Below, one piece after another: positions 34,415 through 45,718 of a stretch of DNA of 64,000 bases (positions within the stretch are counted from its first letter, which is position 1; every line of letters begins with the position of its first letter). The DNA is from Lama guanicoe. Taxonomy: Eukaryota. The stretch spans positions 2,175,589-2,239,588 of the forward strand of contig MU053994.1 of assembly GCA_013239625.1 (NCBI GenBank), read 5' to 3'. The translations under genes were made by a program, and so were the position numbers. Under the pieces are notes generated by a model that was given only the letters and a program-made list of their open reading frames with translations, was not told where the DNA came from and did no database searches.

Positions 34415-35141
34415 CAGGGCTGGCTGCATGGCTTCCTACCAGTGCAATCACATGGCCCTGTGCTCAGAAGGGCCTCACACTTGGGGTTCGACGCTCTGCA
34501 GTCACCACCTTGCCATTCTGAATCATATTATTTCAAATTTGTGTTTGGTAGGTGATGTCTGATGGGACAGTGGAGCATGAGCCTGGGAGCCTCAGCTGGC
34601 GCCCGGCCCCACCTCCCACCCTCTCCTGGCTTATCGCCCCCAGATAGGTTCTCAGAGGCCGGCTCCCCACCTCCTGGTGGCCCCCTGCCCGGCCTGGCTT
34701 CCTGCATACCACCCTGGCCCGGGGACTGCTGCAGGTGGCATGGGCCCGGTGGGCCCAGTGGCTAACTTTGGGAAGGTCAGGGCTGGGGTCCGGTGAGCCT
34801 TATGGCATCTTAGAGCAGAGCGAAGGGACAGCCTTCCCTGCCTGGGCTGGCAGGGCCTGAGCACATTTGGCCGGCCACTTGGCAGGGGCCTCTCACCCAC
34901 CGAGGATCCAGCCACCAAGCGTGTCCGAGCGTGGAGGTGAGGTGGAGTCTGCCCCTAACTGAGCCAGTTCTGTTTTTTTCCTCCCCCGGGAACGGAGGAT
35001 CGGGCCATCCCTTGGAGGCTACCGTCTGACTTGGGTTGAGGCGGTGGATATGTAGGGAGGAGAGAATGACTTCCCCGCCTCTGGCTGAAGCTCTGCCTTT
35101 TAATTTTGTTCTGGGCCCCGCAAATTATGTAGTCAGCCCTG
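34415..35141 (+). mobile_element. MER45C-like hAT-Tip100 DNA transposon, near full length
   Basis: TIRs cagggctggct...agtcagccctg; internal gctcagaagggcc, gatgggacagtggagcatg, ctgggccccgcaaattatgtag. Confidence 0.8.
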
Positions 35142-35479
35142 CCTGACCGTGGGGTTATTGTATGCTTCCCTTTCCATGCCAGGCCAGGGAAAGCCAGTGT
35201 GCAGAAAGGCAGCGAATATCAAAGAAATGTGGTAAATAACAGAGCGCCTTCAGAAACATGGGGCCCCAGAGAGGGCAAAGATGGGTTCCTGAAGGGGGTC
35301 CGGTGCCCGGGTCCTGCCCCCTGGGGGCCTGGCTTTACTTTTGCTCCTGAGTTCTCCTTATCAATTCCCTTCTGTTCCTTGTACTACTATGAATGGATTT
35401 CCCTGATTACCAACCAGAAGTGCTCCAACCAAGACAAAGAACAAAACAAAACAAGTAGAAGCTTGGTTTGCAGTTCGTA

Positions 35480-35630
35480 GTACTGGGTTTCAGTCCCAAC
35501 TTTGCCATTTAACCAGCCATGTGATATTGCGCAAGTTAGTTATTCTCTCTGAGCCTTCGTTTCTTCGACCTTCAGAAAAAAAATGACTGGACCTAATAGT
35601 ACCAATGTTGTAGGTTGCTATGAGGATTAT
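35480..35630 (+). mobile_element. MIR SINE
   Basis: ctgggttt...gccatttaaccagccatgtgatattgcgcaagttagtta...tctctgagcctt. Confidence 0.7.
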
Positions 35631-35866
35631 CTGTCTGCACCCCTTCTTGTTAATAGAAGGACTTAAGACCCAAAGGCATGCAGGGAATTTTGAGTGAAAT
35701 GACTTCCTTCTCTGACTGTTTTTTCAGTACTTAAATACTGCATATTTGAATCTGGTTAACTTAAGTGGTTAGAATGGGGTCAAGCAAGATGGATGTCATG
35801 GGTTTGAGCACTAGACAGGTTTGCTTGGCGTATTTCCATGACTAAAGACTAAAGCCATTAGGTAGA

Positions 35867-36519
35867 TATTCCAGTTATCTCTTGCTGTGCAATGAACAGC
35901 CCCAAAATGTAGTGGTTTAAAATAACAACCGTATTACCGTATCTCATTATCTTGTGGGCCAGGAATTGGAACGGGACTAGAATAGGTGATTCTTCTGCTC
36001 CATGTGGGGTCAGCTAGGGGCTCTCAGTGGTGCTCTGGTGGTGGATGTGCTGGTCTGGAGGGTCCAAGTTGGCTTCATGCACAAGTGTGGTGCTTTGTGG
36101 GGATGGCTGGAAGGCTGGGCTCACCCTAGACTGTAGAACGTGGTTCCTATCTGTGGCCTCTCCAATGTACTGGCCTTAGGATAGTAGTCCTTTTTCCTTG
36201 GTGGCCCAAGTTCCAAAAGACCATGGTGGGATCTAGAAAGCCTCTTCTTTCTTCTTCTTTTCCCTTAAGGAAGGCACTGGGGCTGGAACCCAGAACCTCA
36301 TGCACATCAAGCATGCGCTCTACCACTGAACTATACTCCCCACCCCCTAGAAAGCCTCTCTGACCTAGCCTTGGATATCATGCAGTATCACTTGTGCCAA
36401 TTCATCTAATTTCAAGAGAGTCAGGAGCTCACCCAGATTCAGAAGCAGGGGATTACACGAAGGCATGAGTACCAGGACGCATGGGTCATGAGGAACATCT
36501 TTGGAGACTAGCTATCACA
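35867..36519 (-). mobile_element. MaLR LTR (MLT1H-like), interrupted by a SINE
   Basis: Begins ttccagttatctcttgctg...tagtggtttaaaataacaa (reverse of MLT1 3' end) and ends gctatcaca. Confidence 0.8.
36246..36346 (-). mobile_element. Camelid tRNA-derived SINE (Vic-1-type)
   Basis: Reverse reads ggggagtatagttcagtggtagagcgcatgcttg...gggttccagccccagtgcc; 13-bp TSD ctagaaagcctct at 36233-36245 and 36347-36359. Confidence 0.9.
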
Positions 36520-36994
36520 GTGGACCAACCACTCATATGTTTGTTCTCTTATTCCTGGGGAGCAGAGTGTGAGTTTGTGGATGGAAGATCTCAGATCCAT
36601 CCCTATTCATTATCAGAAGGGTTCCAGGAAATCCTGAGCAGGGGCCAGGAGATGAAAAGGCTCTTGGGAACATCAGTCTCTGCAGAGAACTAATTCCGTA
36701 GGCTTTGGATGTTAAACCTGCTTCAAAACCAGACTCTTGGGCTCTTGAACTTACAAAATAATCTCAGATTCCTGGGGAGGAGTTACTATAATTGTCTCCA
36801 TTTCCTATATGCGGAAATAATTAAATTGCCCAGAATCACAGCTAGAAAATTGTACAGCTGGAATTTGAACCCAGATATATCTAGTGCCAAAGCAGTAGGT
36901 CATTTTACAGTTTACAGTTTAAGTAGCTTTCCCAGGGTCATCCAGAGAAACCAGAAATACAATTCAACACACATTTATGGTAGAAATGCTTAGC

Positions 36995-37335
36995 GAACTT
37001 AGAAGAGAATGGATATTCCTTCATCTGACAAAGATTATGTACAAATAAAACTTATAATAAACATTGTATTTAATGGTAAAATATTGAAAGCTTCCCCCCC
37101 TGAGAACAGGAACTAGACAGGGTGCCTGCTATCACTCTTTCTATTCATTATTATTCTGGTGGTCATAGCCAGTGCAATAAAGCAAGAAAAAGAAAAAGCA
37201 TCCAGATTGGAAAGGAAGAAATAAAACTGTCATTATTCACAGGTGACACAGTTGTGCACATAGAAAATCCAAAAGAACCTACAATCCAGCTATTAGAATT
37301 AATAAGGGAATTCAGCAAGGTCATTGAATTTAATG
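36995..37335 (+). mobile_element. Degenerate L1 ORF2 reverse-transcriptase fragment
   Basis: Translation IQIGKEEIKLSLFTGDTVVHIENPKE...LLELIREFSKV matches the L1 RT around the FADD motif (decayed); frameshifted upstream. Confidence 0.9.
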
Positions 37336-37399
37336 TAGGGCTCCAATGAGGATTCAATGAGAAGTTTATATCAGATACTAAACCCTTATCTATTTAATC

Positions 37400-37990
37400 C
37401 TCACATTCATCTCTCTTTGACACTTCCTCCTTGACATTCCCTTTACCCTGGCTTCCTTGACACAATCTTCCTTTGTGTCTTGTCCTTCTCTTCTGGTATC
37501 TGCTCCTACAATGTCAGCTGTGTTCAGAGTTCTGTCCACAAGCAGTGCTGTGACAAGCACAACTCCATCATGTTCTATGTGGATGGCACCCCCCTAGTTG
37601 TCCAACACTCTTATCATTTTTTCCCTGGACTTTCCCACTGACCTAGTTCTCGGTTCTCTCGCCTCCAATTTTTCCCTCCATTTTTTTTTTATTGTGGCAA
37701 AATACACATAACATACAACTGACTATCTTAACCATTGTAAGTGTACAGTTCAATGGTGTTAAGTATTCATGTTTTGAATCCATCACTACCATCCTCCTGC
37801 CTCGGTCTTGCTCCCTTTGCTTCCATCTGTCACACAGGCCCCTAGGTGACCTTCCTAAAATGCAAACTTGATCTTGCCATCTTTCCCCTCTTTAAATTCT
37901 TTCCAGACCTTGAGATACCTTGGTTAAGTTCAACATCCTCTGCCTGGTATAATAGCCCTCCGTGATCATGGCTTTTGCTTCCATGCCTGT
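37400..37990 (+). mobile_element. L2 fragments, interrupted by an old minus-strand L1 3' end at ~37680-37792
   Basis: tggcttccttgacac; gtgaccttcctaaaatgcaaa; polyT-attgtggcaaaatacacataaca...gtgtacagttcaatgg. Confidence 0.6.
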
Positions 37991-38004
37991 TTTAATTTAA
38001 TTTA

Positions 38005-38678
38005 ATTCCCTCCCAGAGCTGAGTCTGAGCCAAGGATTTTGAGGCATAAGAGAGGTATTCCCAGGAAGCACAGCAAGGGAGTGAGAATCAAGACAGGGAA
38101 GGGAGGAAGGCCAACAAAGTATATGTTAGTGAGCAGGTTACCGTTGTGGGCAACTGGGGCTTAGTCCTGCTGGCTCAGTCCAACTGGGATCCTGTGTAGC
38201 ACACCCCTCAGAACTGCCCCAGTGAGGGGTGAGGCAGCCAGAATATTTATCCACCAACTCCCATCCTGTGGGGTGCTGGTCAACCAGCTTTCTGGGAGAA
38301 CAGAGGATGTCCCAATTTGTAGTGTTTGCCAATGGCCATGATGTAAATATTCCCACTGTAGCTGATTCTAAGCTACCGATGGTTTCACAACTGGCTTGCA
38401 AATTTTCTGAATATGTAAGAGTCAGGCTCTCCAGCACTAGTACCACTGCTCCAGCACACCCCTGCTCTCATTCCACGTTAGTTGAGGGTTATTTCTGGGA
38501 AGCTAAGCACTTAGGATCTGCCCGCACATATGGTGGCCAGCTGAGCATGCTTCAGAGGCCAGAGAACACCCTCTGATGGAGTTTCAGCAAGTCCTCATTG
38601 TATCTGGGAAGTCTTCTCAGGTGCCTTCCGGGGTGGGTGGAGGGACGTGCGTGAAGCACCAGCAGAGCTTGCTGTATG
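38005..38678 (-). mobile_element. LTR16-like ERVL LTR, interrupted by MER63
   Basis: ctgagccaaggattt...cccaggaagcac...gacagggaagggaggaaggccaa...gagcaggttaccgttgtgggcaactgggg...tatttatccaccaactccca. Confidence 0.75.
38266..38464 (+). mobile_element. MER63 hAT-Blackjack element
   Basis: TIRs ctgtggggtgctgg / ccagcacacccctg; atttgtagtgtttgcc...tgtaaatattcccac...aagctacc; degenerate 8-bp TSD ctcccatc / ctctcatt. Confidence 0.8.
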
Positions 38679-40173
38679 GTCTTTGCGGGGCTCTTGCCCC
38701 CTGCTTGGAAGGCCTGCTCCTTCTTAGGCCCCCCCTGGTGAGCTTCTGCTCATCCTTCAGTGCTCAGCTATGGTGTCACTACCTCCGTGAAGCCCTCCCT
38801 GCCTTCCCACAAACTGTCCTTGCTCTCATCACAGCCTGAAAGCGCGCCCTTGGCTTGTTGATCGCGACCTGCCATTTCCCCTCACTGCACTGCAAGCTGC
38901 CAAGGCCAGTTGTCTACTACTTTCTGTAACCACAGTGGTTAGCCCAGTGCCCGGTACAAACTTAGCTACTTAACAGATAACCCGCCCCCACCCCACCCTG
39001 GCACACAGTAATGTTTAAGTCAAATGATCACTCTCCCCGTCCCCTGTTAAAATATCCACTGTTCAGTCAATCAGTTGGTCTCACTACAGCTTTATTGTTT
39101 ATTCCCGTCCGTTTCCAAAGAGGACTTTAGGCAACAAGCAGGTGCTTCCTTTCCCGCGAAGGTGTGAGCGACCATATTTTCTGAAGCAATGATCAGGACA
39201 CGTGATCTGACACATGTTCCAACACATGGTCTGACAATGGGACAGAATATTTTAAATCACCACCGTCTCGGAAAATCTGGACCGCGTGGCTCGGTGTAGA
39301 AAAGAGCCAGGAGCCACGGCCTCGTAATGCACAGCCGGAGCAGGCAGGAGTTCTGTTTTAAAGACCTCTGTGATTTGAGGAGCGGCATGTGAAGATAGCT
39401 GAAGAGAGAAGTTGATTTCTGTGGCACTCTAGCTGGAGTGCTCACAGGGAGCAGGGAAAAATTTGTGGCAGAAACAAGCTCTCATTAAGACCATATGCTG
39501 TATTTCTAATCGATGGCTCTTAGAAGTAATTCCCCGACATTTCATTCATTTTTACTGCCTCCCCTTCAGGGGCAGGAAGAACAGCGTTGTTAGCCGGCGT
39601 TTATAGATGAGGGTATTTAGAAACAGAGAGGTTCAATGGCTCAGCCCCAGTCACAGAGTGAATCAGAGACACCGCCAGCCTCGAATCCAGAATTCCGACT
39701 TGAGCTTCTGTGCCAAGATCCCTCGGGGCACATTTCCTCTCTAATTTGCATAAATCATCAACATTTTTTTCCAAGCTTGTGCTGAGAAAGCCCCTTTTCA
39801 AACAGCGGAAACTCCCTTTGCCTTCTGTCGCCTTAGTTTTATTTTATGAACCAAATTCTTTTACTTCAACACGTAGACTTGCTGTTTTCCCTTCCGTTGA
39901 GCCCTTTTCAAAAGAGGTCGTGACCTTTGCTTATAGATGCAATGGAAATGGGTGAGCCTAAAGGAGGTTGAACCAGATGATCTGGGGACCGTCGAAAGCG
40001 TAATTTCAACTAATGTCCAAAATCCCATGCGGTTGATTATCAGTCTTGGATCCTGGCAGGTTATCAGGAAAATAAGAATGGATAAATGGCGCTACCAGTG
40101 TTTGGACCCTGTTGGGTGTAAGACGTGCCTCCAACCCTGGGAGCAGTTTCCTAGGATTAGAAATAAGAAACTG

Positions 40174-40312
40174 TGGGAGCGTATAGCTCAAGTGGTAGAG
40201 CACGTGCTTAGCATGCACGAGGTCCTGGGTTCAATCCCCAGTATCTCCTTTAAAAATAAATAAACCTAATTACCTCCCCCACACCTCCAAAAAAAACCTT
40301 AAAAAATAAATA
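40174..40312 (+). mobile_element. Camelid tRNA-Ala-derived SINE (Vic-1-type)
   Basis: A box tagctcaagtgg, AGC anticodon loop, B box ggttcaatcc, A-rich tail; 15-bp TSD at 40159-40173 and 40313-40327. Confidence 0.92.
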
Positions 40313-40819
40313 AGAAACGAGAAACTGGACATACCAGGGCCATGCCAGTTTGGAGAAATTTCAATTTGGAAATACACAGGGAGTCATACCTGAGATTGAA
40401 GGTATGTGAACTTGGGCTTTTAATCACCAGCATAATTACATAATTACTCACAATCCTTTCACGTATTTAAGAAATTCTTAGCTCATGACCTCATCTGTCT
40501 GATGGTCCTTAGGTGACTCCAGTATTGAGGTTTCTGGGCATGAACCGCGCTTCCTGGAATCCCCAGGTCAGCACTTGGCGCATTGCTGACAGTCACGAAA
40601 TAGTAATAATCCTCTTGGAAGTAAAAACATATGCAGTGTGTTTGGAAAAATCTCCTCCCTGTCAAGTACGTTAGATAATCAAAATAATTTATGGCTCATC
40701 TGTTTAACCATTAGAAGGAAAAGGAGTTATATCTGTTGGAAATATTTGGTAAAATAAAGTTCGGCATAGAGGAAAAGCTTTTTGTCTACATGGCATCATA
40801 ATTTACTTGTTACTTATCA

Positions 40820-41243
40820 CATTAGTCAGCTGTTGCTGCAATCATGCCGTGTAACAAAAGTTTTAAGTACACCCAGGCTCAGTGGCTTAAAATCTTTATT
40901 TCCTGCTCATAGGTGGGTGGCAGGGCTGGGGTTCTGCTAATCTGAGTTGAGCTCGGCTGCACTCTGTAGTTTGGGTCCAGGCCTGCTCCACGTGTCTCCT
41001 CATCCTCCTTGGCCCAGCAGCTCTGGGGCATCCTCATCTTGTGGCAGATCACAGGAGAGCAAAAGGCGGGCCAAACAACGCAGGCACATTTAAAGCCTTT
41101 GCTGGTGTTATATCTGCTCACATTCCACTGGGTAAAACAAGACACAGGGTCAAGCCCAAGGTCAGTGGTGCAGGGGAGCACCACACCCAAGATGGAGAGG
41201 GAGGGGAGTAAATATTTGCTAAACAATATTCCAGTCTCTCACA
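40820..41243 (-). mobile_element. MaLR LTR (MLT1I-like)
   Basis: attagtcagctgttgctgcaatcatgccgtgtaacaaa...cagtggctta...aagcccaaggtcagtgg...aatatttgctaaacaata. Confidence 0.75.
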
Positions 41244-41264
41244 ATTATCATCCCTAAAAGCCTG

Positions 41265-41635
41265 TGTTCTGGATTGAATTGTGTCCCCTCCAAAACCACC
41301 TAACCCCCTGAATACCTCAGAATGTGACTGCATTGGGAAATGCAGCCCTTAAAGAGGTGATTAAGTTAAAATGAGGCCATTAAAGCGGCCCTAATCCAAG
41401 CTGACTGGTGTCCTCATAAGAGAAGGAAATTTAGAGATACAGAAGAAAGGTCATGTGAGGACACAGTGAGAAGGCGGCTGTCTGCAAGCCAAGGAGAGAG
41501 GCCTCAGGAGGAACCAACCCTGCCGACACCTTGATCTTGGGCTACCAGCCTCCAGAACTGTGAGACAATAAATCTGTGCTATTTAAGCCACCCGTCTGTG
41601 GCGTTCTGTTAGGTCGGCCTGCACTGACTGACACA
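41265..41635 (+). mobile_element. MaLR LTR (MLT1B-like), full length
   Basis: TG...CA ends, tgaattgtgtcccc, ccagcctccagaactgtgagacaataaa; 5-bp TSD gcctg/gcctt. Confidence 0.9.
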
Positions 41636-42015
41636 GCCTTGCGGGTGACTCAAGGTTGTGTGTTACTCATTGTGTTGCCCCCCCCCCGACAGTTCTTAGC
41701 ACATTACCGTGCATACAAATTTATGTCTATTTGATGAGTGAATGAAATCTTTTCTCAGTTTCAAAATCAATAATTATTTATTTTATCAGCCAGGCGCAGG
41801 GCAGCAAGTGTTAGAAACCCATTTAAAGGTTTTTCAGCAAAAAGGAAACCTTTTGGGGTCAGATGACCAGGGTACATTCTAACATCTACAGACTGATTCC
41901 AGGAATTAGGGCCTTGGGTATTGGCACAGGGAACTATGCACCTGCCGGGCCCTCTCTCTACTCTCTTGCTGAGGCTCTTGGCCTTGTTCTTGCAGAGAAA
42001 ATGGCTACCAAGAGA

Positions 42016-42575
42016 ATGACAGCTTATATTTTCCAAAAATGGTGACAATAATATCTCCCATCCCAGCCACTCATCTCACAATGTGCCTTTGACATTCCTC
42101 CCATTGAGCAGTGGGGGGTCTATGTCTTCTGCCGCTGGATCTGGGTGGGCCTGTGATTACAGTGGAAGTGACACTGTGTGACTTCCAAGGCTAGGTCATA
42201 AAGGACGATATGGCTTCTGCCTTGTTCACTGAAACATTGCCTTTGGGGTCCTGAGCTGCCATGGCAGAAGTCTGCGGCTGCCATGCTGTCAGGAAGTCCA
42301 ACCTACATGGAAAGGCCACAGGCAAGTATTCTGGCCAAGAGCCCCAGCCGAAGTTTCAGCTAACAGCCAGCACCAACCGCCACATATGAGGGACCCTGAC
42401 CTCCGTTCATTGAGTCCTCCCTGTTGAGGCCCCAGATGCTGGGGAGCAGAGACAAGTCCTCCCCACTATGCCCTATCAGAATTCCTGACCCACAGAGTCT
42501 GTGAGCGTGATAACATGGTTGTTTTATGCTGCTACACTTTGACATAGTTTGTTCCACACGATAGTAAGCAGAATT
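42016..42575 (+). mobile_element. MaLR LTR (MLT1G-like)
   Basis: tattttccaaaaatgg...atatctcccatccca...gaattcctgacccacagagtctgtgagc. Confidence 0.85.
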
Positions 42576-42984
42576 GAGAGCCCAGAATTACATTCTTAGA
42601 GCTATACCACACCCCACCCCACCCCTGCCACTTCCTCTTAAGAAAATTCTGGGAAAGGTCTCCAGTTGGCCAGGCTTGGGTCACATGGCTACCCCTTGCG
42701 CCAACTACTCTGTCCAGGAGGAAGTAGAGCAGCTCTAGCCTAGTTTCTGTGTTAATTCCTAGGCAGTAGGCAGGGATGTCATTACTGCCACACACCAGGG
42801 GCCCATAGCTGGAGTGATTCACCAGAGGCGGTATTAGCGATGGTATCAGAAGAAGGGGTACGAGAATGTGTTCTGGGCAGAGTAAAATAAGAGCTCCATT
42901 CTATCACCTTTACTTTGGTAACCTTTGTTGTTGTTGTTGTTGTTGGAGGTTTAAGATCATTTCCTTTAAAAGAAGACAGACAAC

Positions 42985-43215
42985 AGGGGGGTGGAGGGTG
43001 GGAAGGGATAGACTGGGAGTTCAAAATTGTAGAACAGATAAACAAGATTACACTGTCTAGCACAGGGAAATATACACAAAATGTTATGATAACTCACAGA
43101 GAAAAAAATGTGACAATGAGTGTGTATATGTCCATGAATGACTGAGAAATTGTGCTGAACACTGGAATTTGACACATTGTAAAATGATTATAAATCAATA
43201 AAAAATGTTAAAAAA
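42985..43215 (+). mobile_element. Young 5'-truncated camelid L1 3' end
   Basis: L1 3'UTR, AATAAA and A tail; 17-bp TSD (16/17) at 42968-42984 and 43216-43232; ttt|aaaa endonuclease site. Confidence 0.9.
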
Positions 43216-43634
43216 AAAAGCAGACAGACAACCGGGCTCTATTACCTACACACTGTGCAACTTTAAGCAAGTGACTTTGCCACCCTGAGCCTAAAAAGGT
43301 TATTTTTTATACTTCTCTGGCAAGTTGTTAAGAGCTTGTTAGAAATGCTTTTCATTTTGGTCAAAATTGACGATGAGTCAGTCATCACTTGGAAACAGAG
43401 ACTTCAGTGTTCTGCTGAAGTGTCCACATTGCTGCCCTCTTCCCTTTTCCACCCCCAAATACACACACGTACACACCAGTCACATATGATGTGCACACCC
43501 ACACAGTAAACCTGTATTTTTCATGTATTCCATAAATAACCAAACTTTTCTTCTTCCCTGAAAGCCAGTAATATTTTTGCAGCCTAGAAATATTCCTAGG
43601 GTTAATATTCTCTATCAGGGTTAATATTCTCTAT

Positions 43635-43850
43635 CAGGGATTGGCAAATTTTTTTCTGTAAAGGGCCAGAGAAGACAACTTTTCACCTTTTTTGGGCCAG
43701 ATGGTTTCTGCTGGTGACTACTCATCTCTGCCCTTGCAGCCAAAGCAGCCACAGACAACATATAAGTGAATGAGTGGGGCTGGGTTCCAATAAAACTTTA
43801 TTTACAAAAACAGGTGGCTAGCTAGATTTGGTGCACAGGCTGTAGTTTGC
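43635..43850 (+). mobile_element. MER58A hAT-Charlie element
   Basis: cagggattggcaaatt...ctgtaaagggccaga...gcagccacagacaa...ttccaataaaactttatttacaaaaacaggtggc. Confidence 0.9.
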
Positions 43851-44685
43851 TATAGAATCTATAGCAACATTGTCCAATAGAACTATAATGCATCCACATA
43901 TGTAGCTGCAGAGGGAGGAGATGTCTCCCCAGTATCAATTCCCAGCCTGTAGTAGCACCGTCTCCCCTGTTGCAGGAGAAGGTACCCAGACAGAGCATCA
44001 AAGATATTTGGAGGCTGGACAAAGGAAGCTGTTAGAGTACAGTAAACTGTCTCCTGTAGCTGCCTATGGACTTAGGCAGGCCAAGGAGATAGGAATGGAG
44101 CATCGATAGTGTCTGCCTTGGGGGAGAAACCTGAGGAAGAAGCCTGTGCCTCTGAAGGTAGAACAGCGAAAAGGGGGTTGGGGGCAGGGAGTACTGGAGA
44201 TATTACGGTGTTGCTGGATCAAGGCTTCCCTGAAGGTCTAATGCTGGACTTCTAAGGTTATGTGAACCAGTACATCCCCCAATCGGTATGTAAACCAGTT
44301 TCCACAGGGGTTTCTCTGTCTTGTAACGAAAAGCAATTTTTACTGCTCTAGGAATTAAACGGGTTCATTATCTCAGCAATTCTTTGGATGCTGAATAGTC
44401 TTACTATGAGAATTGAGGTTGACAGAGGTGTGGAGATTCTCACGTAAGTGTTTCTCAGCCCCTCTATATTTGATAGGAAATGTCTCCCCCACTCCTGCCC
44501 CTCAAACAACAAAATGAACCCAACTAATTTTTTTTTTAAACCCTATATCAGTAGTAAAATAAGACTTAAAGTACACCCTGGGGAGTTTGGGTAGGATCTA
44601 TTTCTGAATTGCACACAGTGGTCTGGTCATTGGAAGGCCCCGTCTGTTGGCTGAAGCAAACTGTAAAAGGAAACCACACCATCAT

Positions 44686-44700
44686 TGAAGATGTGGTGTG

Positions 44701-44744
<44 letters not shown>

Positions 44745-45250
44745 AATATTATATAGCCATAAAGAAGGAAATCTTGCCATTTGTGACAACATGGATGGAC
44801 CTTGAGGGCATTGTGCTAAGTAAGATAAGCAAGATAGAGAAAGACAAATACTGTATGATCTCACTTATATGATTAAAAACCAAAACAAAACAAAATTCAT
44901 AAATTCAGAGAAGAGATTCGGTGTTGCCAGAGGCAGGGGGTGGGCAGTGGGCGAAATGGGTGAAGGGAGTCAAAAGGTACAAACTTCCAGTTATAGAATA
45001 AATGTCCTGGGGATGTCATGTACAGCATGGTGACTATAGTTCATAATACTGCATTGCAGTATTTGCAAGTTGCTGAAAGAATAGATCTTAAAAGTTCTCA
45101 TCCCAAGAAAGAATATTTTGTAACTATGTATGGTGACTGATTTTAAATATTGCACTGATCATTTTGCAATATGTACAAGTAGGGAATCATTATGTTGTAT
45201 GCCTATGACTAATATAATATTGTGTGTGAATTATATCTCATTGAAAAAAG
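44686..45250 (+). mobile_element. L1 3' end (L1MA9-like) containing (CA)19 at 44705-44742
   Basis: Encodes ORF2 C-terminus ILPFVTTWMDLEGIVLSKISKIEKDKYCMISLI followed by L1 3'UTR. Confidence 0.9.
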
Positions 45251-45294
45251 ACAGAAAGAAACCACATCGTCAGTCCAACAGAGCCCAGGACAGG

Positions 45295-45718
45295 TATGGT
45301 AGGTTGTTGGCTCCCTCAACACCCATTTCAACTCCCCTCTGGCTGACAGTTCTTTAGAGCCAAGCTCTACATCCAATAACCCACCTTCCCGGATGTCTGT
45401 GCAGGAGAGGTGGCCAGGTGACTCCATTATAGCCAGTGGGACACAGTCAGAAGTCAGCTGGCATCGCCTCAGAACTGCTTTCTCTTTTTGGAGGAGTGAG
45501 GTTCTGGGGCTGGAGATGCGGCCGCAGTTGCTAAGGACTGAGGAGAGGGAGACACACAGGCCCTGGCTCCTCTTTGGCCTTTGTGGGCCACCCTTCCAAA
45601 GCTGGGCTGTGTTACCCTGACTTCTTACCGCCTGAGACAAATCAGCACCTTTGCCATGAAGCCACCACAGTTGTTGAGTTTGTATTATGGGCAGCTGAGT
45701 GCAGTCCTGTGTGATACA
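45295..45718 (+). mobile_element. Old MaLR LTR (MLT1J/K-like)
   Basis: ggtggccaggtgact...cagaagtcagctgg...gcagctgagtgcagtcctgtgtgataca. Confidence 0.55.

Noticed and set aside
37122..37349. Reverse-transcriptase-like ORF
   Set aside because: Decayed L1 ORF2 with the catalytic motif lost (FTGD) and frameshifts; not a domesticated gene or novel RT system
40174..40248. tRNA-Ala(AGC)-like sequence
   Set aside because: Has a SINE tail and TSD, and a second diverged copy occurs at 36246; it is a SINE, not a tRNA gene
43905..44335. Possible old ERVL-type LTR after a MER3/MER33-like stub
   Set aside because: Too diverged to assign from sequence alone
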